From Bacteroidales bacterium (GTDB taxonomy: Bacteria > Bacteroidota > Bacteroidia > Bacteroidales > P3), in assembly GCA_017448185.1 (NCBI GenBank), contig JAFSLX010000049.1, positions 1,152-65,151 of the forward strand: a stretch of 64,000 nt of DNA. The letters run 5' to 3'. A program made the position numbers and the translations under genes. This document shows positions 26,002 to 34,206 of this stretch, in pieces (position 1 is the stretch's first letter; each line of letters starts with the position of its first letter). The notes beneath the pieces are model-generated. The model did no database searches. It was not told where the DNA came from and worked only from the letters and a program-made list of their open reading frames with translations.

Positions 26002-26316
26002 CTTGTTCCATCCCTAATTCGTGTCGGGCGCAACTTCTGTTCTCGGCTCGGAGAGATTTATCAATAACGAAGAAAGTGGAGCCATCCATCAACCCTATCT
26101 CTGACGGTAGGGCTTCGACTCCCTTTTATGTAACAAGCAGATAAGGATTTTGGTATGCCCCACTTGTTGTATGTCGTACAATACGAATACATTACAAATG
26201 AGCATTCTCCAATATTCCTGCTTGTTACTTTTGTGAAGTTGTCGAAGTTTCACCGTCAGCAGAATAGCAAAAAATGCACTCTATTCGGCAAACGGATTTC
26301 TCCCCGTTTGCAAGTG

Positions 26317-26324
26317 CAAAAATA
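26317..26324 (-). promoter_or_regulatory. -7 promoter box TATTTTTG, the only canonical box upstream of the lipocalin/LRR operon
   Basis: TAnnTTTG match 316 nt upstream of ATG 26001, implying a long leader. Confidence 0.45.
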
Positions 26325-26345
26325 CACATTTTTACCGAACTGACC

Positions 26346-26387
26346 AAAAAAAGATTGCCGAAGTCAATAATTAAACCTCGGCAATCG
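26346..26387 (-). terminator. terminator of the serine recombinase gene
   Basis: On the minus strand, GATTGCCGAG..CTTCGGCAATC is followed by TTTTTTTGG. Confidence 0.7.
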
Positions 26388-26414
26388 CTTATTATTACTG
26401 CCATTTCAGACATT

Positions 26415-27065
26415 CTACCTGATTTGGAACTCTCGTTTCAGGCGTTGCACAGTGCTTGTCGAAGTACCTGTCAATTTGGCAATATCGGCAATCTTATAGC
26501 CTTTGTCGAGGTATGCCAGCACGTCCTTGTACTCCTCTTCCTTCTTCTCACGGCTCTTGGTACTGCCTTTCTTCCTTCCAAGAGTTCCACCCTTCTCAAT
26601 GTAGATTCTGCGACCGCTATTAAGCCTATACTGGATGTTCTCCCTTTCCATTTCAGCACAGGTGGAGAGGGTGGCAATCAGTATCGGAGTGAACAGGCTC
26701 GGCTTGCCGTTTGTGTCAAGCAGGTTCATCTGCTCCTTTTGGAAATAGACGTTGATGTGACAATCTACAAGGTCGCGGACGGTGGCAAGCACCTCGAAAG
26801 TGTTGCGCCCTAAACGGCTCAACTCTGACACAAGGAGAGTGCCGATGCAGTTCTCCTTGCAGAACGCTATGCAGTCCATCAGAACAGGTCTCTCATTGTT
26901 TTTCTTCGCTCCGCTGATGTGTTCCTCGTACACCTTGACAATGGAGAGGTCGCTGCGGTTTGCGTATGTCTTCAGGTCTATGACCTGTCTTTCTGTGTTC
27001 TGTCGGTCTGTGGTTGATGACACTCTTGCGTAGATAGCTGCTGTATGGTTGCTCTTGGTGTTCAT
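26415..27065 (-). CDS. serine recombinase (resolvase/invertase family)
   Basis: AAIYARVSSTTDRQNTERQ (catalytic Ser motif), LLVSELSRLGRN, and a C-terminal HTH IADIAKLTGTSTSTVQRL. Confidence 0.9.
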   Translation of the reverse strand: MNTKSNHTAAIYARVSSTTDRQNTERQVIDLKTYANRSDLSIVKVYEEHISGAKKNNERPVLMDCIAFCKENCIGTLLVSELSRLGRNTFEVLATVRDLVDCHINVYFQKEQMNLLDTNGKPSLFTPILIATLSTCAEMERENIQYRLNSGRRIYIEKGGTLGRKKGSTKSREKKEEEYKDVLAYLDKGYKIADIAKLTGTSTSTVQRLKREFQIR

Positions 27066-27208
27066 AATATTCTTTGACTTTTTTGATGTTCAACTATTTA
27101 TACCTTGCCTGCTGTTGTTGCAGACTTTTCTGATTTTTTTGACCTGTCTCATTATTTGACCTGTTTTGACAGGTGGGGAGTGATGTCCTCCCCACCCACC
27201 GCAGCAGA

Positions 27209-27574
27209 TTAGTAAACCTTGATGATGGTTTCCCAACGGAACGACCTCCAGCCGCCTTTCTCGCAGTCATAGTAGGCTGACGTATAGAAACGCTCACGGC
27301 TTTCACCGCAGCCAGTAGTGGCAGCCTCGACGAGGGAAGGGGTGAGAGTGCCGAAAGCCTCACGGAGTTCACCGCTCTTTTTCACATATACGAAGTGGCA
27401 GACACCGCCACGCATCTTCTCCTTGGCAATGGCTATCATTGCAGACTTGGTGATACCGTTGGCGACATTGTGGGTACGGTTGGCGATGACCTGTGCGCGA
27501 ATAGCGTTGATTTCGTTGACTACGGCGACGTTTGACATAACTTTGCAGGTGTTTGTGATGACGCTGTTTCCCAT
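27209..27574 (-). CDS. small conserved mobile-element protein, DUF2693/SH3-barrel-like (tentative)
   Basis: CHFVYVKKSGELREAFGTL ... YYDCEKGGWRSFRWETIIKV resembles the phage-associated Bacteroides family. The assignment is from memory only. Confidence 0.6.
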   Translation of the reverse strand: MGNSVITNTCKVMSNVAVVNEINAIRAQVIANRTHNVANGITKSAMIAIAKEKMRGGVCHFVYVKKSGELREAFGTLTPSLVEAATTGCGESRERFYTSAYYDCEKGGWRSFRWETIIKVY

Positions 27575-27636
27575 AACTTGTTGATTTATTGTTTATAATT
27601 CGTTTTTCTTATCTTTTTATCCGTTTTTCTACGACA

Positions 27637-27644
27637 CAAAGATA
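27637..27644 (-). promoter_or_regulatory. -7 promoter box TATCTTTG (minus strand)
   Basis: TAnnTTTG match 63 nt upstream of ATG 27574. Confidence 0.5.
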
Positions 27645-27729
27645 CGAAATATATTTGATATATGTACATTTTCTATAGTTATCTTTAGTTAAAAGTACGA
27701 CTTTTATCAATTTTATCTACAATTATTCG

Positions 27730-27737
27730 TATCTTTG
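27730..27737 (+). promoter_or_regulatory. -7 promoter box TATCTTTG (plus strand)
   Basis: TAnnTTTG match 18 nt upstream of ATG 27755, divergent from the box at 27637. Confidence 0.5.
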
Positions 27738-27754
27738 CAAAAACAGTTATTAAG

Positions 27755-28030
27755 ATGAAAACAGATAAAGAATTGAAAAACAGGAGAGTGGAAGAGACAC
27801 AGAAGATAGTACACCTCCAGATTGGCGATAATCACTACTACTACGGCAGCATAAGCGCGATGGCTGTTGACCTCGACGATTGCAAGGGCGTGTTGGGTTT
27901 GACCCCAAGGAAGATGAAGGATATGCGGATAAGTTCCTTCCCCTACTACGAGACACCAACAGGTGCGATTATCAGGGTTGGCAAGTTGAAGGTCATCCGA
28001 AAGGAAAAGACAAGGCAAACCGATGTATAG
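27755..28030 (+). CDS. hypothetical small protein (91 aa)
   Basis: An ORF with its own promoter box. No motif recognised. Confidence 0.5.
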   Translation: MKTDKELKNRRVEETQKIVHLQIGDNHYYYGSISAMAVDLDDCKGVLGLTPRKMKDMRISSFPYYETPTGAIIRVGKLKVIRKEKTRQTDV

Positions 28031-28328
28031 GCAGGAGCATACTCTGTTTCCTTGGATGTGTTCTGTTTGCCGAGACCGCAGCAATTAATTGTATATCAAA
28101 TATATTGAAGAATTTATACTAGTTGGAATAGGTGCTAAAAGTTCTCTCAAGCATAGGTTGATGTAGAAAAATTTGATAATATTTGGTTGAAGTTGTATAT
28201 TTATATAAAAGACTGGAATGATACCACAATGTTCCAAGAGAGAAACAGAACGAGACATCCGTCATAGTAGGTAGTGGTATCCCTGCTGTGGCGGTTGGTT
28301 CTTTATAATACCTTAATACCACAAAGAT

Positions 28329-29387
28329 ATGATAGACAGTAAACGCTTGATTGATGTGATGCCTCGGATGTCAGGAAACGAATACAAAGTGTTCGTGTAT
28401 CTCCTGTATGGGTATGATATGGCGCGGAACGCCTACAGCCAGCCCTACTATGAACGCTCACAGTCCGAGATAGCCAAAGATACGGGTGTGCCAGTAAGCA
28501 CCCAGAAACGAGTCGTTGAGAATCTGGAAGAGTTGAAGTTGGTGAGCCGTGAGAGTTTCCAACGAGGAGTGAGCAAGACAAGGACAAGATACTACATACT
28601 TGACTACGACCAGTACCTAGTCCATAATGAACCAGCCAACAATGATAATGCAGTCCAAAATGGGCTATCTATTATAGTTAATAATGAAGAAAAAAAGAGC
28701 GAGAAGAAAACGACCAGACCTGACCTTAATGACCTATACACCAAAAGCAGAAACTACGGCGATGCGCTTGGGGTGCAGACCACGATAGAGGGGATAAACA
28801 GGATAAAGGATGAGTTTGTAAAGTTGTGGGATGAGGCTGGTGCGTTGTATGTGTATGAACGCAAATACCAAGAGGACAAAGAGAAGAACTGGGAGGCGTT
28901 CAGAAAGAGATACGATGGGGTCAAAAGCAGGATAAACAAAAGGACAAACACACATACACCAAAGCAAGTAGATAAAAGAGATAAAAGAGAATCTGCCGAA
29001 ATGAACGGAGGGGGCGCACCGCCTCGCAGACGGTCAGGAATGGAATGGGATATGCGCAGTTACAATCCCGACTATGCCGCTGGGATGGACTTTCATCCTT
29101 CCATCATCAAAAACTATCTAAACAGTCTGCAAGCCTTTCTTAAAAGGGGATACTGCTTGGACAAAGAACAACTGAACAGGGCTATCTTGTCAGTTCGTGA
29201 ATGGATTGAGACCAACTGGGTAGATGGTGTCAAAGAGGAGTTGGTAAATGCTGGCGTTGATAAAGAAGATGAAGTTTGGCTGACAAAAGACGAGTGGAAA
29301 GAATATGTACGAAATATGATTACTGCCTTTAACATCAATCCAGTAAACCCACCTCGAATATCCTCGACAGACGATGAAGTTTTTTAG
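28329..29387 (+). CDS. Rep-like protein with N-terminal winged helix-turn-helix
   Basis: MSGNEYKVFVYLLYGY...SQSEIAKDTGVPVSTQKRVVENLEELKLVSRE resembles replication-initiator or DnaD-type wHTH N-termini. The remainder is Lys/Glu-rich with no recognised domain. Confidence 0.6.
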   Translation: MIDSKRLIDVMPRMSGNEYKVFVYLLYGYDMARNAYSQPYYERSQSEIAKDTGVPVSTQKRVVENLEELKLVSRESFQRGVSKTRTRYYILDYDQYLVHNEPANNDNAVQNGLSIIVNNEEKKSEKKTTRPDLNDLYTKSRNYGDALGVQTTIEGINRIKDEFVKLWDEAGALYVYERKYQEDKEKNWEAFRKRYDGVKSRINKRTNTHTPKQVDKRDKRESAEMNGGGAPPRRRSGMEWDMRSYNPDYAAGMDFHPSIIKNYLNSLQAFLKRGYCLDKEQLNRAILSVREWIETNWVDGVKEELVNAGVDKEDEVWLTKDEWKEYVRNMITAFNINPVNPPRISSTDDEVF

Positions 29388-29548
29388 TGGCGATGCACCC
29401 AAATCTCAGTCATCTTAAGGCTGAGATTTCTTTTTTGCGTCTCACATAATCTTTTCCCATAGTTCGGGTTGTGACAGCCAGTCAAAGCCCTACTGATTTT
29501 GCGTTTCGTCTCTTCAGACATTGGTCTGCGTTTTCTTCTTCGTGCCAT
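29384..29548 (-). CDS. 54-aa NUMOD3-motif peptide (below the ORF-track size cutoff)
   Basis: Manual translation: MARRRKRRPMSEETKRKISRALTGCHNPNYGKRLCETQKRNLSLKMTEIWVHRH. SEETKRKIS..G..NP.YGK matches the NUMOD3 DNA-binding motif of homing endonucleases. Confidence 0.45.
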   Translation of the reverse strand: MARRRKRRPMSEETKRKISRALTGCHNPNYGKRLCETQKRNLSLKMTEIWVHRH

Positions 29549-29590
29549 AGTTATCCCTTTTACAATAAATAGTTCAGTGTGCAGAAAACC

Positions 29591-30139
29591 CTACTGGACT
29601 ATATATTGAAGGTCTGTCGGTGTGTACAGCCGATAGTCGGGGTTGGCTTGCTCCAACAGTTCAGGCTCGTTGGTATCCCAAAAACACGCTCCACTTTGAC
29701 AACCGAAGCGTTTGCTTTCAAGGACATCGTACTGTGTATCGCCCAGATACAGGACATTCTCTCTTTTTACACCTTGCAGACACGGCTCCTCCAGTGCCTG
29801 TTCCAGCAACTCCGACTTTGGAACAACCCTTTTGTTATCGTAGTCGAAGTTTCTGCCGTACCGCGCTAGGACAAAAACCACCGCAACTTCAGTTGCTTTC
29901 AAGGTCTGCTGTATCGTGCCTTTTACGTTGTGTGAGACTATTCCCAAGGGTAGTCCAAGCCACTTAAGGACAAGAAGGGTATCACGCCAGCCGTCGTAGA
30001 GGGTGCAACTGGCGGTTAGTTGTTTGACAAGTTTGTCGTTTCGCTCCTTGCTCCACTTGTAGGGCTCCAGCGTCCTTGTGTTGTATAAGGTAAAGTCAAA
30101 GTCCGTTATGACTGCGTTGATTGGTTTTGTATTTTCCAT
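29591..30139 (-). CDS. HAD-superfamily hydrolase
   Basis: Motif I VITDFDFTL (DxDxT), motif II IVSHN, motif IV YLGDTQYD. Confidence 0.75.
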   Translation of the reverse strand: MENTKPINAVITDFDFTLYNTRTLEPYKWSKERNDKLVKQLTASCTLYDGWRDTLLVLKWLGLPLGIVSHNVKGTIQQTLKATEVAVVFVLARYGRNFDYDNKRVVPKSELLEQALEEPCLQGVKRENVLYLGDTQYDVLESKRFGCQSGACFWDTNEPELLEQANPDYRLYTPTDLQYIVQ

Positions 30140-30360
30140 CGTGTTGCTCGTTTTACGTTATACTACTAATATACAACATATCGGGCAATCTCACAAAAAA
30201 ACAGCGAATTTTGGTAGAAAATTTTTTTGAGGACATAGGGAAGTACGCCATTTGGAAGGCGGCCCCATAGGGCAGCTTAATTCTGAAGAAAAGGCGGGGT
30301 TACGTCGGGTTGGCAAGTCATACCCACCCCTCCCTCTAATGTTTTTCTACGATTGGAGTG

Positions 30361-30403
30361 AATAGAAAAACTGCCAAATACACTTCATTATGTTTTGGCA
30401 GTT
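30361..30403 (-). terminator. terminator of the recX / DUF3078-like operon
   Basis: On the minus strand, AACTGCCAAA..TTTGGCAGTT is followed by TTTTCTATTC. Confidence 0.6.
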
Positions 30404-30473
30404 ATTAGAGGGGGCAAATAAGTCTAATTACCCTATATAAAGGGGAAAATAAAATACTATAACAGTTTAATTA

Positions 30474-31538
30474 TCAAGACTTGGGGGTCTTCCAGAGGAA
30501 GTAGACCTGGATGCCGGCCATCTGATAGACCTGCAGGTGGCCCCAACGGCCCATGCCGCTGAAGTCGGTGTCCCACTTGACATTGAGGGCGAGGTTGGCC
30601 GAGATGTGCGACGAGAGACGGTAGTCGAGCTTCACCTCGACATCCATATCGGTCTCGAAAATGCGGCGTTTCAGCCAGTTGTAGCCTTGCAGATTGGCCC
30701 ATGTTTCGCCGTCGGCAAGGAGGTATTTACTGTCGGTGGCCATGTTGTCGCCCCAGGCCATGTTTTTCGGTTTCTTGTAGTCGTAGAAGAACTCGGCGCG
30801 GGCATAGAGGTCGAGGTTCTTGAGGATGTCCTTTTTGAGGTACTGGAAGCGGACGTAGCTACCAAGGGCAAAGTAGGTGTGTTTGAAGGTGGAAGGATCG
30901 AGGGGGTTGAAGTTGCCGGGCTGGATGACACCGTAGGTGCGGTCGGCGGCTATCAGACTGTCGTTGTAGACGAAGGTGGTCTTACCGGTGAGGAAGGAGA
31001 GGGAGACCGACCAGTCGGCTTTCTTATGCTCGAACGAGAGAGCAGTGGTGAGGTAGGCCGGGGCGAAGAACTCGGAGACCATGGTCTGGGTCTGGGCTGC
31101 GCCGATGCCGTTGTATTCGTAGCCGATGCCGAACTGGGTTTTGAGGTTGGCGGTGAAGCTGGCGCCCCAACCTTTGTAGGCGTTCCATGAGAGGGCCGAG
31201 GTGAGGTCGATTTTATCGATGCTCTTGCGGCGGGTTTCGAAGATGCCGCCCTGTGCACTGTTGTCGAGGTCCTGCCAGGCATAGCCGTAGGCGAGGTCGG
31301 CGATATTGTCCCAGACGTAGCGCGGATGGGTGTACTTGTAGTTGCCGAAGAAGGTGGCGGTGAGCTCGATTTGCGAGTTACCGGTCTTGGCCCAGTTATC
31401 GAAGAAGGTTTCGGTGGCTTTGAGGGCGGGCGAGCTGCTGGTGGTCCAGGATCCTTTGGGTGCTTCGGCCTCGTCCTGGGCGTTGAGGTTGACAATGGCC
31501 ATCAAGGTGACGGCGCATAGGGTAAAAAGCTTTTTCAT
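30474..31538 (-). CDS. outer-membrane beta-barrel-like protein (DUF3078-like)
   Basis: Signal MKKLFTLCAVTLMAIVNLNAQ. Alternating aromatic/hydrophobic beta-strand pattern, C-terminal aromatic residues. Confidence 0.7.
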   Translation of the reverse strand: MKKLFTLCAVTLMAIVNLNAQDEAEAPKGSWTTSSSPALKATETFFDNWAKTGNSQIELTATFFGNYKYTHPRYVWDNIADLAYGYAWQDLDNSAQGGIFETRRKSIDKIDLTSALSWNAYKGWGASFTANLKTQFGIGYEYNGIGAAQTQTMVSEFFAPAYLTTALSFEHKKADWSVSLSFLTGKTTFVYNDSLIAADRTYGVIQPGNFNPLDPSTFKHTYFALGSYVRFQYLKKDILKNLDLYARAEFFYDYKKPKNMAWGDNMATDSKYLLADGETWANLQGYNWLKRRIFETDMDVEVKLDYRLSSHISANLALNVKWDTDFSGMGRWGHLQVYQMAGIQVYFLWKTPKS

Positions 31539-32002
31539 TGCGGTAAGATATTAATTAATACTTGATTAATTTCGGCATAGCGGAATCCGCGCGAAAGCAG
31601 GAAGCGTGTGAGCTTGCGTTCGTCGGCATACTCGCGAAACTTCTTCGCAGCCAGGTCGGCAAGCATCTGCAGGTAGACTTCGTCGTCGACCGATTCGAGG
31701 GCCTGTCTGACCGTGGCGGAGGGCAAGCGTTTGAGGCGCAGCTGATAGGCCACTTTGTCGCGTCCCCAGTGGGCGTGTAGCATTTTGCTCTCGGCATAGC
31801 GCGTGGCGTAGCGCACCGCGTCGAGGTATCCCTCGTCGACGAGCCGGTCGACGATGCGGTCGGCCATCTCTTCGTCATCGACTCCCCAGGCATCCAGCTT
31901 GTTGCGCACATCGAACTCGCACTGTTCCTCGGCGGCACAATAGTGCCGGGCACGGTTGAGCAGGGCCAATTCGAGGGTGTGATTGTCGGGGTGCGGTTCC
32001 AT
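31535..32002 (-). CDS. recX: recombination regulator RecX
   Basis: ALLNRARHYCAAEEQCEFDVRNKLDAWGVDDEEMADRIVDRLVDEGYLDAVRYA. The start at ATG 32002 is supported by a promoter box 25 nt upstream. ATG 32095 would add an AT-rich, non-coding-looking extension. Confidence 0.8.
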   Translation of the reverse strand: MEPHPDNHTLELALLNRARHYCAAEEQCEFDVRNKLDAWGVDDEEMADRIVDRLVDEGYLDAVRYATRYAESKMLHAHWGRDKVAYQLRLKRLPSATVRQALESVDDEVYLQMLADLAAKKFREYADERKLTRFLLSRGFRYAEINQVLINILPQ

Positions 32003-32026
32003 CGGTTTACAAAGGTTTTCAGGGTG

Positions 32027-32034
32027 CAAAGTTA
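32027..32034 (-). promoter_or_regulatory. -7 promoter box TAACTTTG for recX
   Basis: TAnnTTTG match on the minus strand. Confidence 0.55.
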
Positions 32035-32084
32035 CGAATATTTTTTTACAGGAAAATATTTTTCTCCAATCGAAAAAAAATACG

Positions 32085-32092
32085 TAACTTTG
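32085..32092 (+). promoter_or_regulatory. -7 promoter box TAACTTTG for the glycogen-synthase-like gene
   Basis: TAnnTTTG match 29 nt upstream of ATG 32121. Confidence 0.55.
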
Positions 32093-32120
32093 CATATTAA
32101 AAGCATATAGTATAATAGTT

Positions 32121-32942
32121 ATGGCAAAGGGTAGAATATTGTTTGTAAATCAGGAAATTGCGCCTTTTACAGCAGAAACCGAACAAAGTTTGTTGTGTCG
32201 CCATTTGCCTGCCAAATTGCAGGAAATGGGACGCGAAATCAGGGTATTTATGCCGAAATTCAGTTCGATTAGCGAACGAAAACACCAGTTGCATGAAGTG
32301 ATTCGACTGTCGGGGATGAACCTGATTGTAAACAACTGCGACCACCAGTTGATTATCAAGGTCGGCTCGATTCCGACCGCAAGAATGCAGATTTATTTTA
32401 TTGACAACGAGGAGTATTTCATCAACCGCGGCGGTGCGCTGACGGCAGACGGCAAGCTGGAGAACGACACCGACGAACGCCTGCTGTTCTTCGGCCGTGG
32501 CACGCTCGAGGCGGTGCGCAAGCTGGCTTGGCAGCCCCACCTGATTAACTATTGCGGATGGTTCTCGTCGATGATACCGTTCTACCTGCGCCGCATCAAT
32601 AAGGAAAACGCCTTCTTCAGCGGCACCAAGATGGTGATTACGCTGGTGGACGACGCTTTCGAAGGCTCGATTACCGGCGGCTTGGAGCGCAAGATGAAGA
32701 ACGACGGTGCCACCGCCAAGGACCTGCGCCTGTATGGCGAGTCAGACTACCTCGGCATCATGAAAGCCGCCATCACCTACTCGCAGGGAGTCATCATCGG
32801 CTCGCCCAACGCCCACCCCGAGCTGGTGGCCTTTGCCAAAGAGAACAAGCGCAATGTGCTCGACTATATCGCCGACCGCGACGAATTCTTCACACGCATC
32901 AATAAATTCTACGATACTATCATCGGAAAAATAGATAATTAA
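32121..32942 (+). CDS. glycogen/starch synthase-like protein (short Bacteroidota form)
   Basis: MAKGRILFVNQEIAPFTAETEQS...VFMPKF...IYFIDNEEYF matches the GlgA N-terminal domain. Confidence 0.8.
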   Translation: MAKGRILFVNQEIAPFTAETEQSLLCRHLPAKLQEMGREIRVFMPKFSSISERKHQLHEVIRLSGMNLIVNNCDHQLIIKVGSIPTARMQIYFIDNEEYFINRGGALTADGKLENDTDERLLFFGRGTLEAVRKLAWQPHLINYCGWFSSMIPFYLRRINKENAFFSGTKMVITLVDDAFEGSITGGLERKMKNDGATAKDLRLYGESDYLGIMKAAITYSQGVIIGSPNAHPELVAFAKENKRNVLDYIADRDEFFTRINKFYDTIIGKIDN

Positions 32943-32946
32943 AGCA

Positions 32947-34194
32947 ATGGTTCGCAAACTGAAATCATTTATTCTTTTCGCTGCCGTGCTTGCAGCACTG
33001 CTCCCCACAGCCTGTACCGACGACGAGTCGGGCATCGGCTTGTCGCTCATCGACCCAACAACCCAATACACCGGTCTGCACGACACCCTGTATGCCGACT
33101 ACGCCTATAGCCAGCGCGACGATTCGCTGCTGACCTCGAACTACAGTTTCGGCATTGTCGGCAACCATGCCGATGCCACCTTCGGGCGTGTCACGTCAAC
33201 GCTCTACACCCAGATTGCACTGGCCTCGCTCGACAACTCGATCAACCTGTCGGAAGCCACATTCGACTCGGTGGTGCTCTGCCTGTGGATTGACGGACTC
33301 TACCCCGACACCACAGCCGACTACAACTTCCACTTCGAGGTGATGCAGCTGGCCGAACCTGTGCTGGGCGACACCACTTACTTTTCCTTCCAGACGATGC
33401 CCGTCGACGGGAGCCGCAAGTTTTTCGACGGCAACGTCACTGTGCATGCCCACGACAGTATCGTGCGACTGAAACTGGGCGGCGACATCATCTCTGTCGT
33501 CAACCAGTCTGCCGACAGCAAGGAGGAATTTATCGAAAAGACCAAAGGCCTGCGTATCCGCATTGTGGATGATGCCGACATGGGTATGCTGGGCATCGAC
33601 TTCTCGAACTCGCGCACCCGCCTTTCGGCCTACTACAACATGTACGGCAACGACTCGAACGAGTACAAGTTTGAGATTGGTGCCGGTGCAGCACATTTCA
33701 CCCATTTCGAGCACGACTATACCGGCACCACCTTTGGAGCCGACAGCATCAACGGTATGCAGCGCATGTACCTTGAACCCCTGGGAGGCTACAACGCCCG
33801 CATCAACTTCAACACCCAGTTGCAGGCCTTCCACTTGGCCCATCCCACCGCCACAGTGCACTACGCCGAGCTGCGGCTGCCTACAGCGCCCGAGTCCGAC
33901 AATATGAAGCCCGACAACATTCTGGTCCTCACCAAGAATGCCAACGGCAACGAATCGTATATCGACGATTGGATCGACCCCTATACTTACCACGGCTACG
34001 ACGGCTCGTACGATTCGGAGAAAGGCCACTACCGCATCCGTGTAACCCAGCACTTGCAAGGCTTGCTACGCCAGGGCGAAGACAAGGGCTTCATGCTTGT
34101 GCTCAACTCGCGCCGCAGCGCCGCCCATCGCACCATCCTCTACGGTCCGGAAGGGGCCAAGAAGCCAATGATAGTTTTTGTTTACAGCGAATAA
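32947..34194 (+). CDS. DUF4270-like lipoprotein
   Basis: Lipobox LLPTAC. Its position directly after the short glycogen synthase is the arrangement I recall for DUF4270 proteins. Confidence 0.65.
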   Translation: MVRKLKSFILFAAVLAALLPTACTDDESGIGLSLIDPTTQYTGLHDTLYADYAYSQRDDSLLTSNYSFGIVGNHADATFGRVTSTLYTQIALASLDNSINLSEATFDSVVLCLWIDGLYPDTTADYNFHFEVMQLAEPVLGDTTYFSFQTMPVDGSRKFFDGNVTVHAHDSIVRLKLGGDIISVVNQSADSKEEFIEKTKGLRIRIVDDADMGMLGIDFSNSRTRLSAYYNMYGNDSNEYKFEIGAGAAHFTHFEHDYTGTTFGADSINGMQRMYLEPLGGYNARINFNTQLQAFHLAHPTATVHYAELRLPTAPESDNMKPDNILVLTKNANGNESYIDDWIDPYTYHGYDGSYDSEKGHYRIRVTQHLQGLLRQGEDKGFMLVLNSRRSAAHRTILYGPEGAKKPMIVFVYSE

Positions 34195-34206
34195 TAAGCC
34201 AGCATT

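Larger units (their letters stand above)
22313..30360. mobile_element. AT-rich integrase-bearing island (integrative plasmid-like or mobilisable element); boundaries approximate
   Basis: Composition drops abruptly relative to the flanks. It holds a tyrosine integrase at one end, a serine recombinase, a Rep-like wHTH protein, a NUMOD3 peptide, a HAD hydrolase and LRR/T9SS cargo. It lies between a chromosomal palindromic repeat and the terminator of the DUF3078-like gene. Confidence 0.55.

Noticed and set aside
26274-26813. 179-aa + strand ORF overlapping the serine recombinase gene in antisense
   Set aside because: It overlaps a strongly supported recombinase frame and has no motifs. The only support is a promoter-like box at 26226-26233, which is noted under the inverted-repeat finding.
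30228-30340. GC-rich patch inside the AT-rich island/chromosome junction, considered as a tRNA fragment, SRP-like RNA or small gene
   Set aside because: I could not fold a cloverleaf or find T-arm or anticodon features. Only short ORFs (25 aa or less) are present, and no recognisable RNA family motif. It is left unassigned.
30405-30455. Possible att direct repeat: GGGGGCAAATAA...AAAGGGGAAAATAA here versus GGGGGTAAATAAAGGGTGAAAATAA at 22438-22462
   Set aside because: The match is short, AT-rich and interrupted. The right-hand copy lies between the DUF3078-like stop codon and its terminator, i.e. inside what should be chromosomal backbone. It is not convincing as an island boundary without an empty-site comparison.
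32003-32095. Longer RecX start at ATG 32095
   Set aside because: The extra 31 codons are AT-rich (MQSYVFFFDWRKIFSCKKIF...) and contain the divergent promoter boxes. ATG 32002 sits 25 nt after a TAnnTTTG box and gives a normal-length RecX.
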